NCBI RefSeq assembly: GCF_000009045.1
Contig: NC_000964.3
Coordinates: 2,250,001-2,282,000 of the forward strand
DNA: 32,000 nucleotides
Direction: 5' to 3'
DNA from: Bacillus subtilis subsp. subtilis str. 168
GTDB lineage: Bacteria; Bacillota; Bacilli; Bacillales; Bacillaceae
Shown: positions 1-10,332 of the stretch, one piece after another
Numbering within the stretch: the first letter of the stretch is position 1
Layout: every line of letters starts with the position of its first letter
Made by a program: the position numbers and the translations under genes
Notes under the pieces: model-generated
What the model was told of the DNA's origin: nothing
The model's input: only the letters and a program-made list of their open reading frames with translations
The model's database searches: none

Positions 1-3000
1 ATTATTTGAATGCAGTAAATAGTCTTAATGTAAGCACTGGAAGCAATAATATCAGATCACAAATTCAAAGCTTGAATATGCAATTTAGAGAATTAGCCTC
101 CAACGCTCAAACAGCTGCTAATCAAGCCTCTTCTTTTGGAGCAGAACTAACCCAAACCTTCAAAAGCATGTCCACCTATTTAATCTCCGGTTCTTTATTC
201 TACGGAGCTATCTCTGGACTTAAAGAAATGGTATCCCAGGCAATAGAAATTGATACTCTCATGACAAATATTCGCCGTGTTATGAATGAGCCGGATTATA
301 AATATAATGAACTTCTCCAAGAATCTATTGACTTAGGTGATACACTTTCAAATAAAATCACAGATATTCTTCAAATGACAGGCGATTTTGGGAGAATGGG
401 TTTCGATGAAAGTGAGCTCTCCACGTTAACGAAAACTGCCCAAGTTCTTCAAAATGTCTCTGATTTAACTCCCGATGATACAGTTAACACTCTAACGGCA
501 GCAATGCTCAACTTTAATATTGCAGCAAATGATTCAATATCAATTGCAGATAAATTAAATGAGGTTGATAATAACTATGCTGTTACAACTCTAGATCTGG
601 CCAATTCTATCCGTAAAGCTGGTTCAACTGCTTCTACATTCGGGGTAGAGCTAAATGATCTTATTGGTTATACAACTGCAATTGCTAGTACAACACGTGA
701 ATCAGGGAATATCGTCGGGAACTCCTTAAAGACAATTTTCGCGCGGATTGGGAATAATCAAAGCTCAATTAAAGCGTTAGAACAGATTGGTATCTCAGTT
801 AAAACAGCTGGTGGTGAAGCTAAATCAGCAAGTGATTTAATTAGTGAAGTTGCTGGTAAGTGGGATACGCTTTCTGATGCTCAGAAACAAAATACTTCAA
901 TTGGAGTAGCTGGTATTTATCAATTATCCCGTTTTAATGCAATGATGAACAACTTCTCTATTGCTCAGAATGCGGCTAAAACTGCGGCTAACTCAACAGG
1001 AAGTGCTTGGAGTGAGCAGCAAAAGTATGCAGATAGTCTACAAGCTAGGGTAAATAAGCTTCAAAATAACTTCACTGAATTTGCTATTGCAGCTTCTGAT
1101 GCTTTTATTAGCGACGGATTAATTGAATTTACTCAAGCCGCAGGTTCTTTGCTTAACGCTTCTACAGGAGTAATCAAATCAGTTGGGTTCCTACCTCCCC
1201 TTTTAGCTGCAGTAAGCACTGCAACCCTTTTGCTCAGTAAGAATACCCGCACATTAGCCAGCAGCCTAATTTTGGGCACACGTGCAATGGGGCAAGAAAC
1301 TTTAGCGACTGCTGGGCTAGAAGCTGGTATGACTCGTGCAGCAGTCGCCTCAAGAGTTCTAAAAACTGCTCTTCGAGGGTTGCTTGTTTCAACTTTAGTT
1401 GGCGGTGCATTTGCTGCTTTGGGATGGGCGCTAGAATCATTAATTTCTTCTTTTGCAGAAGCTAAAAAAGCTAAAGATGATTTTGAGCAGAGCCAGCAAA
1501 CCAATGTCGAAGCAATTACGACCAATAAAGACTCCACTGATAAACTAATACAGCAATATAAAGAGCTTCAAAAAGTTAAAGAGTCAAGATCTTTAACTTC
1601 AGATGAAGAGCAAGAATACCTTCAAGTCACTCAGCAATTAGCACAAACTTTCCCTGCATTAGTTAAAGGCTATGATTCTCAAGGAAATGCAATTCTTAAG
1701 ACAAATAAAGAGCTTGAAAAAGCGATTGAGAATACTAAAGAGTATTTGGCTTTAAAGAAACAAGAAACAAGAGACAGCGCAAAGAAAACATTCGAAGACG
1801 CTTCTAAGGAAATTAAAAAGTCTAAGGATGAATTAAAGCAGTACAAACAAATAGCTGACTACAACGATAAAGGTAGACCTAAATGGGATCTCATTGCAGA
1901 TGACGATGACTATAAGGTTGCAGCTGATAAAGCTAAACAAAGTATGCTCAAAGCTCAATCTGACATTGAGAGTGGAAATGCTAAAGTTAAAGATAGCGTC
2001 CTTTCAATTGCAAATGCTTATAGTTCAATTGATATCAGTAATACTTTAAAGACGAGTATTAGTGATGTTGTCAACAAACTTAACTTAAAAGATGATTTAG
2101 ATCCTGAAGAATTAGAAAAATTCTCCTCTTCTTTAGGAAAGCTTCAAGAAAAAATGCAAAAAGCTTTAGATTCAGGCGATGAAAAAGCTTTCGATAACGC
2201 AAAAAAAGATCTTCAAAGTCTCTTGGAAACATACTCCAAATCCGATTCTTCTATTGATGTTTTTAAAATGAGCTTCGACAAAGCACAGAAGAACATAAAA
2301 GATGGAGATAAGAGCTTATCTTCCGTCAAATCTGAAGTTGGTGATTTAGGTGAGACGCTGGCAGAAGCAGGTAACGAGGCAGAAGATTTTGGTAAGAAGC
2401 TAAAAGAAGCTCTGGATGCAAATAGTGTTGATGATATTAAGGCAGCTATTAAAGAAATGTCAGATGCTATGCAGTTCGATTCCGTTCAAGATGTCTTAAA
2501 TGGGGATATTTTTAATAACACCAAAGATCAAGTAGCTCCTCTCAATGATCTTCTGGAAAAAATGGCTGAAGGTAAAAGTATTTCTGCAAATGAAGCTAAT
2601 ACCCTTATTCAAAAAGATAAGGAACTTGCCCAGGCTATTAGCATCGAAAATGGCGTTGTGAAAATTAACCGTGATGAAGTTATCAAACAAAGAAAAGTTA
2701 AACTTGATGCTTATAACGACATGGTTACCTACAGCAATAAATTGATGAAAACAGAAGTTAACAACGCTATCAAAACTTTAAACGCTGATACCTTACGGAT
2801 TGACAGCCTGAAAAAGCTACGAAAAGAACGAAAGCTTGATATGTCTGAGGCCGAACTGTCAGACCTAGAAGTTAAGTCAATTAATAATGTTGCAGATGCA
2901 AAAAAAGAACTTAAAAAGCTTGAAGAGAAAATGCTTCAACCTGGTGGATACTCCAATAGTCAAATTGAAGCAATGCAAAGCGTTAAATCAGCTTTAGAAT

Positions 3001-6000
3001 CTTATATTTCTGCATCTGAAGAAGCCACCAGTACACAAGAAATGAATAAACAGGCACTTGTTGAAGCTGGAACATCATTGGAGAATTGGACAGATCAACA
3101 AGAAAAAGCCAATGAAGAAACCAAGACTTCCATGTATGTTGTTGATAAATACAAGGAAGCATTAGAAAAAGTTAATGCTGAGATTGACAAGTACAACAAG
3201 CAGGTCAATGATTATCCTAAATACTCTCAGAAATATCGAGATGCAATCAAGAAAGAAATTAAAGCACTTCAGCAAAAGAAAAAGCTTATGCAGGAACAAG
3301 CTAAGCTGCTTAAAGATCAAATTAAATCCGGTAACATTACTCAATACGGTATTGTAACCTCTACAACTTCTTCTGGTGGAACCCCCTCCTCAACTGGTGG
3401 ATCATATTCAGGCAAGTATTCAAGCTACATAAATTCAGCAGCTAGTAAATACAATGTTGACCCTGCCCTTATTGCAGCTGTAATTCAGCAAGAATCAGGG
3501 TTTAATGCTAAAGCACGATCTGGTGTAGGTGCCATGGGATTAATGCAACTGATGCCAGCAACAGCAAAAAGCTTAGGAGTAAATAACGCTTACGATCCTT
3601 ATCAAAATGTTATGGGTGGAACAAAGTACCTCGCCCAACAACTTGAAAAGTTTGGCGGTAATGTTGAAAAAGCATTGGCTGCATATAATGCTGGGCCTGG
3701 TAACGTAATTAAATATGGTGGTATCCCTCCTTTTAAAGAAACACAGAATTACGTCAAGAAGATCATGGCCAACTATAGCAAATCGCTCTCATCTGCCACT
3801 TCTTCAATCGCCAGCTATTATACAAATAATAGCGCTTTTAGGGTAAGCTCCAAATATGGACAACAGGAATCTGGTCTCCGCTCCTCCCCACACAAAGGAA
3901 CTGATTTTGCTGCAAAAGCAGGTACAGCAATTAAATCTCTTCAAAGTGGTAAAGTCCAAATTGCTGGCTACAGTAAAACTGCAGGTAACTGGGTTGTTAT
4001 TAAACAGGATGATGGAACAGTTGCCAAGTACATGCACATGCTTAACACTCCTTCTGTAAAAGCAGGTCAATCAGTTAAAGCCGGTCAAACTATTGGTAAA
4101 GTTGGTAGTACAGGGAACTCGACTGGGAACCACCTTCATTTACAGATCGAACAAAATGGAAAAACAATCGATCCTGAAAAGTACATGCAAGGTATTGGAA
4201 CTTCTATTTCAGATGCGTCACAAGCTGAGGCAGAACGACAACAAGGGATAGCTCAGGCTAAATCTGATCTTCTCTCCCTCCAAGGAGATATCAGTTCAGT
4301 CAATGATCAGATTCAAGAACTTCAGTATGAACTAGTTCAATCTAAACTCGATGAGTTTGATAAAAGAATTGGAGATTTTGATGTTCGGATAGCAAAAGAT
4401 GAGTCAATGGCTAACAGATACACTTCTGACAGCAAGGAATTCCGAAAATACACCTCTGATCAGAAAAAAGCTGTGGCAGAGCAAGCTAAAATCCAACAAC
4501 AAAAAGTTAATTGGATTCAAAAAGAAATTAAAACAAATAAAGCATTGAACTCCGCTCAACGTGCACAGCTTCAAGAAGAGCTTAAACAGGCCAAGCTAGA
4601 TTTAATTTCTGTTCAAGACCAGGTTCGTGAGCTACAGAAACAACTTGTTCAATCTAAAGTTGATGAGACACTTAAGTCAATTGAAAAGTCATCTTCTAAA
4701 ACCCAAGGGAAAATTAAAGATGTCGATAACAAAATTTCAATGACTGAAGAAGATGAAGACAAGGTTAAATACTATAGCAAGCAAATAAAGCTCATTCAAC
4801 AACAACAAAAGGAAGCGAAGAAATACATTAAGCAGCTTGAAGAACAAAAGAAAGCTGCGAAAGGTTTCCCTGACATCCAGGAACAGATCACTGAAGAAAT
4901 CGAAAACTGGAAAGATAAACAGAAAGATTTTAACCTTGAGCTTTATAACACCAAGAAGTCGATCAAGGATATCTATAAATCATTGGCTGATGAAGTTGTA
5001 TCCATCTACAAAGAGATGTACGAAAAAATGCGTGATATTGAGTTAGAAGCGCATCAGAAAGCGACTCAAGACTTGATCGATGAGATAGACAAGACTGATG
5101 ACGAGGCTAAATTTCAAAAAGAATTAAAAGAAAGACAAGACAGTATTCAAAAGTTGACTGACCAAATTAATCAATACTCTCTTGATGATTCTGAATTCGG
5201 AAAGTCAAAAGTCAAAGAACTAACTGAACAGCTTCAAAAAGAGCAGTTAGACCTTGATGATTTTCTAAAGGATCGCGAAAGTAACAAACGGAAAGAAGCG
5301 CTCCAAGATCAGCTCGAAAAAGATGAGGAGTCAATCAACAATAAATACGATAATCTTGTAAATGATGAACGAGCCTTTAAAAAGCTTGAGGATAAGATTA
5401 TGAATGGAAAAATCACCGATATCGCTAAGCAGCTTAATGAGTTTTCTAAGTTTATTAATACCAATATGGAGTCCATTGGAAAAAGTATTTCAAACAACCT
5501 GATTGATAAACTCAAAGAAGCATCTAATGCACTGAATACTGCTGTCAAAGGCAACACGACAGGTAAAAAAGTATCCTCTTTCGCTTCTGGAGGGTACACT
5601 GGAACAGGATTAGGTGCTGGTAAACTTGCATTCCTACATGACAAAGAACTGATCTTAAATAAAACTGACACAGCCAACATCCTTGATACGGTAAAAGCTG
5701 TTCGTGAAACCGCTGTGGACGATTCCCCAAAATGGGGCCAAGGAGTAAAATTAGCAGACCTTATTAAAAAAGGAATTACTTCTATTCCTTCATTAGTTCC
5801 TAACGTTAATCAATCAATGTTAACAAACAGTTTAATTCCAAATTTAAAGAAGATTGAGATCCCCTCAAAAACAATTGCTTCTTCTGGAGATAAAACAATT
5901 AATTTAACGAATACTTTCCACATTGATAAGCTAATAGGAGGAGAATCGGGAGCGAGATCGATGTTTGAAAGCATTAAAAACGAAGTTGTAAAACTAAATG

Positions 6001-6011
6001 GTAGCATGTAA
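1..6011 (+). CDS. yomI: Phage tail tape-measure protein with lytic transglycosylase (SLT) and M23 endopeptidase domains, CwlP/YomI-like; 5' end cut by window
   Basis: Open frame from the window edge to TAA 6009-6011. Long helical, Asn/Lys-rich tape-measure composition. SLT motif ([34 protein letters not shown]...AYNAGPGNV) and M23 motifs (HKGTD...HLHLQI) in the middle. Confidence 0.93.
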   Translation, partial: YLNAVNSLNVSTGSNNIRSQIQSLNMQFRELASNAQTAANQASSFGAELTQTFKSMSTYLISGSLFYGAISGLKEMVSQAIEIDTLMTNIRRVMNEPDYKYNELLQESIDLGDTLSNKITDILQMTGDFGRMGFDESELSTLTKTAQVLQNVSDLTPDDTVNTLTAAMLNFNIAANDSISIADKLNEVDNNYAVTTLDLANSIRKAGSTASTFGVELNDLIGYTTAIASTTRESGNIVGNSLKTIFARIGNNQSSIKALEQIGISVKTAGGEAKSASDLISEVAGKWDTLSDAQKQNTSIGVAGIYQLSRFNAMMNNFSIAQNAAKTAANSTGSAWSEQQKYADSLQARVNKLQNNFTEFAIAASDAFISDGLIEFTQAAGSLLNASTGVIKSVGFLPPLLAAVSTATLLLSKNTRTLASSLILGTRAMGQETLATAGLEAGMTRAAVASRVLKTALRGLLVSTLVGGAFAALGWALESLISSFAEAKKAKDDFEQSQQTNVEAITTNKDSTDKLIQQYKELQKVKESRSLTSDEEQEYLQVTQQLAQTFPALVKGYDSQGNAILKTNKELEKAIENTKEYLALKKQETRDSAKKTFEDASKEIKKSKDELKQYKQIADYNDKGRPKWDLIADDDDYKVAADKAKQSMLKAQSDIESGNAKVKDSVLSIANAYSSIDISNTLKTSISDVVNKLNLKDDLDPEELEKFSSSLGKLQEKMQKALDSGDEKAFDNAKKDLQSLLETYSKSDSSIDVFKMSFDKAQKNIKDGDKSLSSVKSEVGDLGETLAEAGNEAEDFGKKLKEALDANSVDDIKAAIKEMSDAMQFDSVQDVLNGDIFNNTKDQVAPLNDLLEKMAEGKSISANEANTLIQKDKELAQAISIENGVVKINRDEVIKQRKVKLDAYNDMVTYSNKLMKTEVNNAIKTLNADTLRIDSLKKLRKERKLDMSEAELSDLEVKSINNVADAKKELKKLEEKMLQPGGYSNSQIEAMQSVKSALESYISASEEATSTQEMNKQALVEAGTSLENWTDQQEKANEETKTSMYVVDKYKEALEKVNAEIDKYNKQVNDYPKYSQKYRDAIKKEIKALQQKKKLMQEQAKLLKDQIKSGNITQYGIVTSTTSSGGTPSSTGGSYSGKYSSYINSAASKYNVDPALIAAVIQQESGFNAKARSGVGAMGLMQLMPATAKSLGVNNAYDPYQNVMGGTKYLAQQLEKFGGNVEKALAAYNAGPGNVIKYGGIPPFKETQNYVKKIMANYSKSLSSATSSIASYYTNNSAFRVSSKYGQQESGLRSSPHKGTDFAAKAGTAIKSLQSGKVQIAGYSKTAGNWVVIKQDDGTVAKYMHMLNTPSVKAGQSVKAGQTIGKVGSTGNSTGNHLHLQIEQNGKTIDPEKYMQGIGTSISDASQAEAERQQGIAQAKSDLLSLQGDISSVNDQIQELQYELVQSKLDEFDKRIGDFDVRIAKDESMANRYTSDSKEFRKYTSDQKKAVAEQAKIQQQKVNWIQKEIKTNKALNSAQRAQLQEELKQAKLDLISVQDQVRELQKQLVQSKVDETLKSIEKSSSKTQGKIKDVDNKISMTEEDEDKVKYYSKQIKLIQQQQKEAKKYIKQLEEQKKAAKGFPDIQEQITEEIENWKDKQKDFNLELYNTKKSIKDIYKSLADEVVSIYKEMYEKMRDIELEAHQKATQDLIDEIDKTDDEAKFQKELKERQDSIQKLTDQINQYSLDDSEFGKSKVKELTEQLQKEQLDLDDFLKDRESNKRKEALQDQLEKDEESINNKYDNLVNDERAFKKLEDKIMNGKITDIAKQLNEFSKFINTNMESIGKSISNNLIDKLKEASNALNTAVKGNTTGKKVSSFASGGYTGTGLGAGKLAFLHDKELILNKTDTANILDTVKAVRETAVDDSPKWGQGVKLADLIKKGITSIPSLVPNVNQSMLTNSLIPNLKKIEIPSKTIASSGDKTINLTNTFHIDKLIGGESGARSMFESIKNEVVKLNGSM

Positions 6012-6040
6012 GAGTCTGCAAAAGCAGACTCTTTATTTAA
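6010..6040 (+). terminator. Rho-independent terminator-like hairpin overlapping the yomI stop codon
   Basis: AAGAGTCTGC-AAAA-GCAGACTCTT followed by TATTT; 10-bp perfect stem. Confidence 0.7.
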
Positions 6041-6061
6041 CTTAACTTGAGGTGGAAACTC

Positions 6062-6820
6062 ATGATTAGAGAAAGTCAATACTTTATGTTCAATAATATC
6101 CCTTCTTATGAATTAGGAGCCGTAAATGTAAATACAGAAGGAGGACTTTTAGAGGAGTCGTTTATTGCAAATAGAACAGTAAATGAAACATACACTAGGC
6201 TATCTTCAGAACCATATGTAGACAATGTCAAACTTGAGCCATATGAGATCCCATTGAATTTTTACATAGAAAATCATCTAGATGAAAAAAATGTTCGAAG
6301 AGTTGCTCGTTGGTTAAATGTAGATGATTATAAACCTCTCTCCTTTAGTAGAAATTTAGACATAATTTATTTTGCCTTGCCAATAAACGCTACAGATTTA
6401 GTTCATAACTGTTCTAACGATGGATATGTGAAGCTCACAATGAAGGTATTCCCCTATAAATATGGACAAGAAACAACAACTCATTGGTTTGATGTCACAT
6501 CAGGTGTTAAGAATATTGAAATTGAAAACATAGGAGATGTGGACATTCCGTTATCTCTTGAATTTAAGAAGATAGGCGACGGTGACATAACTGTTGAGAA
6601 CTTAACTTTATATAGAACACCTCTGAAGTTTACGGGAATAAAACATCATGAAGTTATCAATGTTGATTCCAATAAAAAATTGATCACTTCAAGTATTTCG
6701 GGTTATGAATGTTATGACCAAGTAAATGAAGAGTATGTGATTTTAACAAGAGGTAAAAACAGAATTAAAATAAATGGTGAGTGCTATATTCGATTAAAAT
6801 ACCGATACAAATATTTATAG
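6062..6820 (+). CDS. yomH: Distal tail-like protein, YomH-like
   Basis: ATG at 6062 preceded by GAGGTGG; 252 aa, directly after the tape-measure gene. The upstream TTG at 6047 in the ORF track has no good RBS. Confidence 0.8.
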   Translation: MIRESQYFMFNNIPSYELGAVNVNTEGGLLEESFIANRTVNETYTRLSSEPYVDNVKLEPYEIPLNFYIENHLDEKNVRRVARWLNVDDYKPLSFSRNLDIIYFALPINATDLVHNCSNDGYVKLTMKVFPYKYGQETTTHWFDVTSGVKNIEIENIGDVDIPLSLEFKKIGDGDITVENLTLYRTPLKFTGIKHHEVINVDSNKKLITSSISGYECYDQVNEEYVILTRGKNRIKINGECYIRLKYRYKYL

Positions 6821-6831
6821 GAGGATGTATT

Positions 6832-9459
6832 TTGTTAAATAAGTTTAAACCAGGCGAAATCCTCCTTTCTTTAGCAAAACCAAATAAAAAGAAAATCGCT
6901 AATATTGCGGATTTCTCAAATGTATCTCTTAATCTAAGCTTTGCTGATTTAAATGATCTATCTTTTAATATTCCACTCAAAGCCAGGTATAATTTTTTGA
7001 TGAAGCCAAACCATGTGGCAAAACTAATGCGTGAGTGGTATCTTATCAAGGCAGAATTCTTAAACAGAGTTGAATGGTTTGTGATAACCGGTTTAACAAA
7101 ATCAGAAAATGAGGAGCAAACAATACAAGTTAGATGTCAAGGACTACCGTACATCCTTCATAAAAACAAAATAAGGTCATATCAAGGAGTTTCAAAGAAT
7201 CTACAGGAAGTGGCCACTGATTGTCTTAAAGGCACAAGACTCAATATCGGTTATATTGATCCTTCATTTAATGAAAAAAGACGATCATTTGATGTCACTT
7301 CAACAAGATATGAGTTTTTAAAAACGATATGGGAAACTTTTGAGGCAGTCCCAGTCTTCGACACTGTAAAGAACACTGTCTCTTTTTATAAGAAAGACAC
7401 AGTATCCAAGTACAAAGGTGTCCAATTCTCCCCTGAACGATTTATGATTGATATGGAAGATACCATTGATATTGATGAAGTCGTAACACGTTTAAACATC
7501 ACAGGTAAAGACGGAATTGTGATTAATTCGGTAAACCCTACTGGACAGAGTTACTTGGACGATTTTTCTTATTTTCTATATCCTTTTAAACGTGATAAAA
7601 ACAGAAATGTAATAACACACAGTGATTACATGGATGATGATTTATGTCATGCGATTTTGGATTATAATGAACTTGTCAATAAAGAAGGCTCTTCTTTCCA
7701 CCTCCTTTTAAACCAAAAAAGGGATTTAGAAACCCAAAAAACGACTCAAGAAAATAAACTCTTCACTCTTGAAAACATTGAGCTACAGCAAATTTTAGAT
7801 AAGATAACCGTAGCGAAAAAAGCCGGTGACGACACAAAAGATCTTATTAAACAAAGAGATGCAAAACTATTAGAAGTTACCGCCAAAAAAGCTGAAATAT
7901 CCAGAATAAACTCGCAAATCACAAACATTTCTCAGGAAATAGAAAAACTAAAAGACCGTTTATCGATGGACAAGTTTCTTGGTGAGGAGCTTAAGAAACA
8001 ACTGTCTTATTTTATTTTTGAAGATGATTGGACTAATGATAATATTTTTGATGAGACAGAGCTTTACGAAAAAGGGTTAGAGGAACTGAGCAATAGAAAC
8101 GCTCCCCCTGTTGATATCAGAACGAACATCGTAAACCTATTTAATGTTAATAGCGAAAAGGCATTTTGGGATAGAATATATCTCGGAGATATAATCAGGG
8201 TAGTTAATAAGAATTTCAGAACCGATGTCAAAGCAACCCTTTCAGGGATGACTTTCGATTTTGATCAACAGAGTATACAGGTTACACTCTCAAACGGGAA
8301 AAGAGCCAGGTCATTGGAACAGGAATTTGCTAATACTTTGTATACAACTAAGAAAGCATCCACAGAGTATAATAAGAAAAAAATTGATTATGATACACTT
8401 CTTGTTAATTACAATGCACGTAATGATCGTATCTCATCTCCTGTGGCAAACCCAACTATTCTTAATAACGGAACTGCAATAACACATGTTGTCAACGATA
8501 ATGGATCGGTTGATATCTCCATTGAATGGCAGTTCCCAAATTCTAAAGAGGATAAGTACAATATTGACGGATTCCTTGTCCACTGTTACTCAGATACATC
8601 TTCAGACACCTATATATTTGGATCAAAGATGTCATCTGAACAGTATCTATCGGTTAGCTATGATAAGAGAATCGCAACCCTTACAGGCCAGGTTTCAAAT
8701 AAGTATTATACGTTTGGAATTCAAGCCTACCGGACTGTTGAAGCGTCTATTGATAGCAGCGGACGTATACTTTCCGACATTATTCAACCCCAATTTCCTT
8801 CAGAGAACCCCTACCTCCCCTCTAATTCGGTTGAAGTTAAAGGAAGTCTTAGTGGAAGAGTTAATGGCCTCTATACAATCTCCACGGAAGCTAAGCCAGA
8901 AGATCCGGAAAAAGGGACAATCTGGATCAATCCAAAGAACAATAAACAAGAACTATTTAACGGAGAAGAATGGGTTGTCTCATCTGCAGGTTCAGCAGAC
9001 TCCTTGAATGGTTTTACAGCTTCAACAACGACTTCTCCAAACTCTATACCAGTGCGTAATGAATCAGGGATCATTAGTGGTTCAATAGACGGTAATGCAG
9101 AGATGCTAGGTGGACGAGCAGCATCTGATTATGCATTAGCTGAAAACATCCCCATTCCTCCCAAGTTTGCAAAAGGTATTTATACAGGAGACGGCACTCT
9201 CAGTAAGCAAATCCCCCTTACCTTTACTCCTGATTTAGTCAAAATAACTCCGATTTCACCTGAAGACAGTCAACTAGTAATTGAAAGCCAATTGGGGGGC
9301 TATGCCTATCAAGTTACTTCAACTGGACTTTCCCTTATTGGAGGAGATTTAGGATACGGTGCTTTGGGAAACAATCTATTTGTCACAGGCTCAGATAGTA
9401 ACTGCAGAGGAAATAAATTAAACGTTAAATATATCTGGGAAGCCTACCAACAAAATTAA
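6832..9459 (+). CDS. yomG: Tail-associated/tail-fibre-type protein, YomG-like
   Basis: GGAGG at about 6820-6824 before TTG 6832 gives 875 aa. Siphophage tail-protein-like N-terminus, central coiled coil, Fn3-like segment. Confidence 0.8.
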   Translation: MLNKFKPGEILLSLAKPNKKKIANIADFSNVSLNLSFADLNDLSFNIPLKARYNFLMKPNHVAKLMREWYLIKAEFLNRVEWFVITGLTKSENEEQTIQVRCQGLPYILHKNKIRSYQGVSKNLQEVATDCLKGTRLNIGYIDPSFNEKRRSFDVTSTRYEFLKTIWETFEAVPVFDTVKNTVSFYKKDTVSKYKGVQFSPERFMIDMEDTIDIDEVVTRLNITGKDGIVINSVNPTGQSYLDDFSYFLYPFKRDKNRNVITHSDYMDDDLCHAILDYNELVNKEGSSFHLLLNQKRDLETQKTTQENKLFTLENIELQQILDKITVAKKAGDDTKDLIKQRDAKLLEVTAKKAEISRINSQITNISQEIEKLKDRLSMDKFLGEELKKQLSYFIFEDDWTNDNIFDETELYEKGLEELSNRNAPPVDIRTNIVNLFNVNSEKAFWDRIYLGDIIRVVNKNFRTDVKATLSGMTFDFDQQSIQVTLSNGKRARSLEQEFANTLYTTKKASTEYNKKKIDYDTLLVNYNARNDRISSPVANPTILNNGTAITHVVNDNGSVDISIEWQFPNSKEDKYNIDGFLVHCYSDTSSDTYIFGSKMSSEQYLSVSYDKRIATLTGQVSNKYYTFGIQAYRTVEASIDSSGRILSDIIQPQFPSENPYLPSNSVEVKGSLSGRVNGLYTISTEAKPEDPEKGTIWINPKNNKQELFNGEEWVVSSAGSADSLNGFTASTTTSPNSIPVRNESGIISGSIDGNAEMLGGRAASDYALAENIPIPPKFAKGIYTGDGTLSKQIPLTFTPDLVKITPISPEDSQLVIESQLGGYAYQVTSTGLSLIGGDLGYGALGNNLFVTGSDSNCRGNKLNVKYIWEAYQQN

Positions 9460-9474
9460 CGGAGGTGAACTAAA

Positions 9475-10296
9475 CTGGCTGATTTTGCTAAATTATATAA
9501 TGATCCAATATTAAGTAAAAAGAGAATAGGTTCTGTTGAAGACCCCTATCTAACTTACAATGAAACATTGACAATATTTAATGGAAGAGCACTCCTAACT
9601 GAGATTCCGAACAGAGAATTTCGTGTTGAAGTTACTGGGGACAACAAGGAATGGCGAGAGATTGAAGATGGAGAACTTGACGACAACTATTTTAAGGTTG
9701 ATTACCTTATGGGAGTTGTCTTTTTTAATGCTTCAAATGAAGGAAAATCGCTAACCTTTAATTATAGTGGTGAAGGAGCTTCCTTCTTCCCTGCCTCTCG
9801 AATTTGGATAAAACGACAAGGGAATATGGTTATTGAAACTCTTCAAGGACTTATCGATGAAGCTGAAGATACAATAATTCGAATGAATGAACGTATAGCT
9901 GAATGTGAACGAGTTACAAAACGATGCCAAGAAGTGACAGCCTGGTGTAGACAGGCTACATCAAATTATGAAGAAGTTGTAGAAAACACAAGAAAAATTT
10001 ATAAACCATCTGTCTATACCTATTCAGATATTTTCACCTATTACCCAACCCCACAGATTGGTTGGACGGTGACTGTTAAAGAAACAAAAATCGTTTATCG
10101 ATGGGATGGATTTGAGTGGGTAGATATTGGAACTTCCGAAGTATATGAAGGTTTTAATATACTCCTAAGCGCAACAGAACCATTTAATGCAAATTATATC
10201 TGGTATAAGGATGCCTCTTTTTCACCTGAGAAAAAACGAGTTGTTGTTTCAGATACAGCACCAGATTCAGGACAAGTATGGTACAAAACTGACTAA
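9475..10296 (+). CDS. yomF: Tail/structural protein, YomF-like, possibly using a CTG start
   Basis: The ORF track starts at ATG 9568, but the frame is open upstream to CTG 9475 with GGAGGTG at 9461-9467. N-terminus would be (M)ADFAKLYNDPILSKKRIGSVEDPYLTYNETLTIFNGRALL. Confidence 0.7.
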   Translation: MADFAKLYNDPILSKKRIGSVEDPYLTYNETLTIFNGRALLTEIPNREFRVEVTGDNKEWREIEDGELDDNYFKVDYLMGVVFFNASNEGKSLTFNYSGEGASFFPASRIWIKRQGNMVIETLQGLIDEAEDTIIRMNERIAECERVTKRCQEVTAWCRQATSNYEEVVENTRKIYKPSVYTYSDIFTYYPTPQIGWTVTVKETKIVYRWDGFEWVDIGTSEVYEGFNILLSATEPFNANYIWYKDASFSPEKKRVVVSDTAPDSGQVWYKTD

Positions 10297-10319
10297 GATC
10301 CCCTCCGGGATCTTTTTTA
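10295..10319 (+). terminator. Terminator-like hairpin overlapping the yomF stop codon
   Basis: AAGATCCC-CTCC-GGGATCTT followed by TTTT. Confidence 0.75.
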
Positions 10320-10332
10320 TTGGAGGAAAGTT

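Noticed and set aside
4300-5400. Repeated LQxQLxxxKxxE-type segments in yomI as possible DNA repeats
   Set aside because: Similarity is at the coiled-coil amino-acid pattern level (for example [21 protein letters not shown] versus [21 protein letters not shown]), reflecting protein duplication rather than a mobile or regulatory DNA repeat.
1133-5730. Several minus-strand and alternate-frame ORFs of 60-134 aa inside yomI
   Set aside because: They lie inside a long, motif-supported plus-strand CDS, lack RBS context and show no recognisable domains; expected by-products of a long A-rich coding strand.
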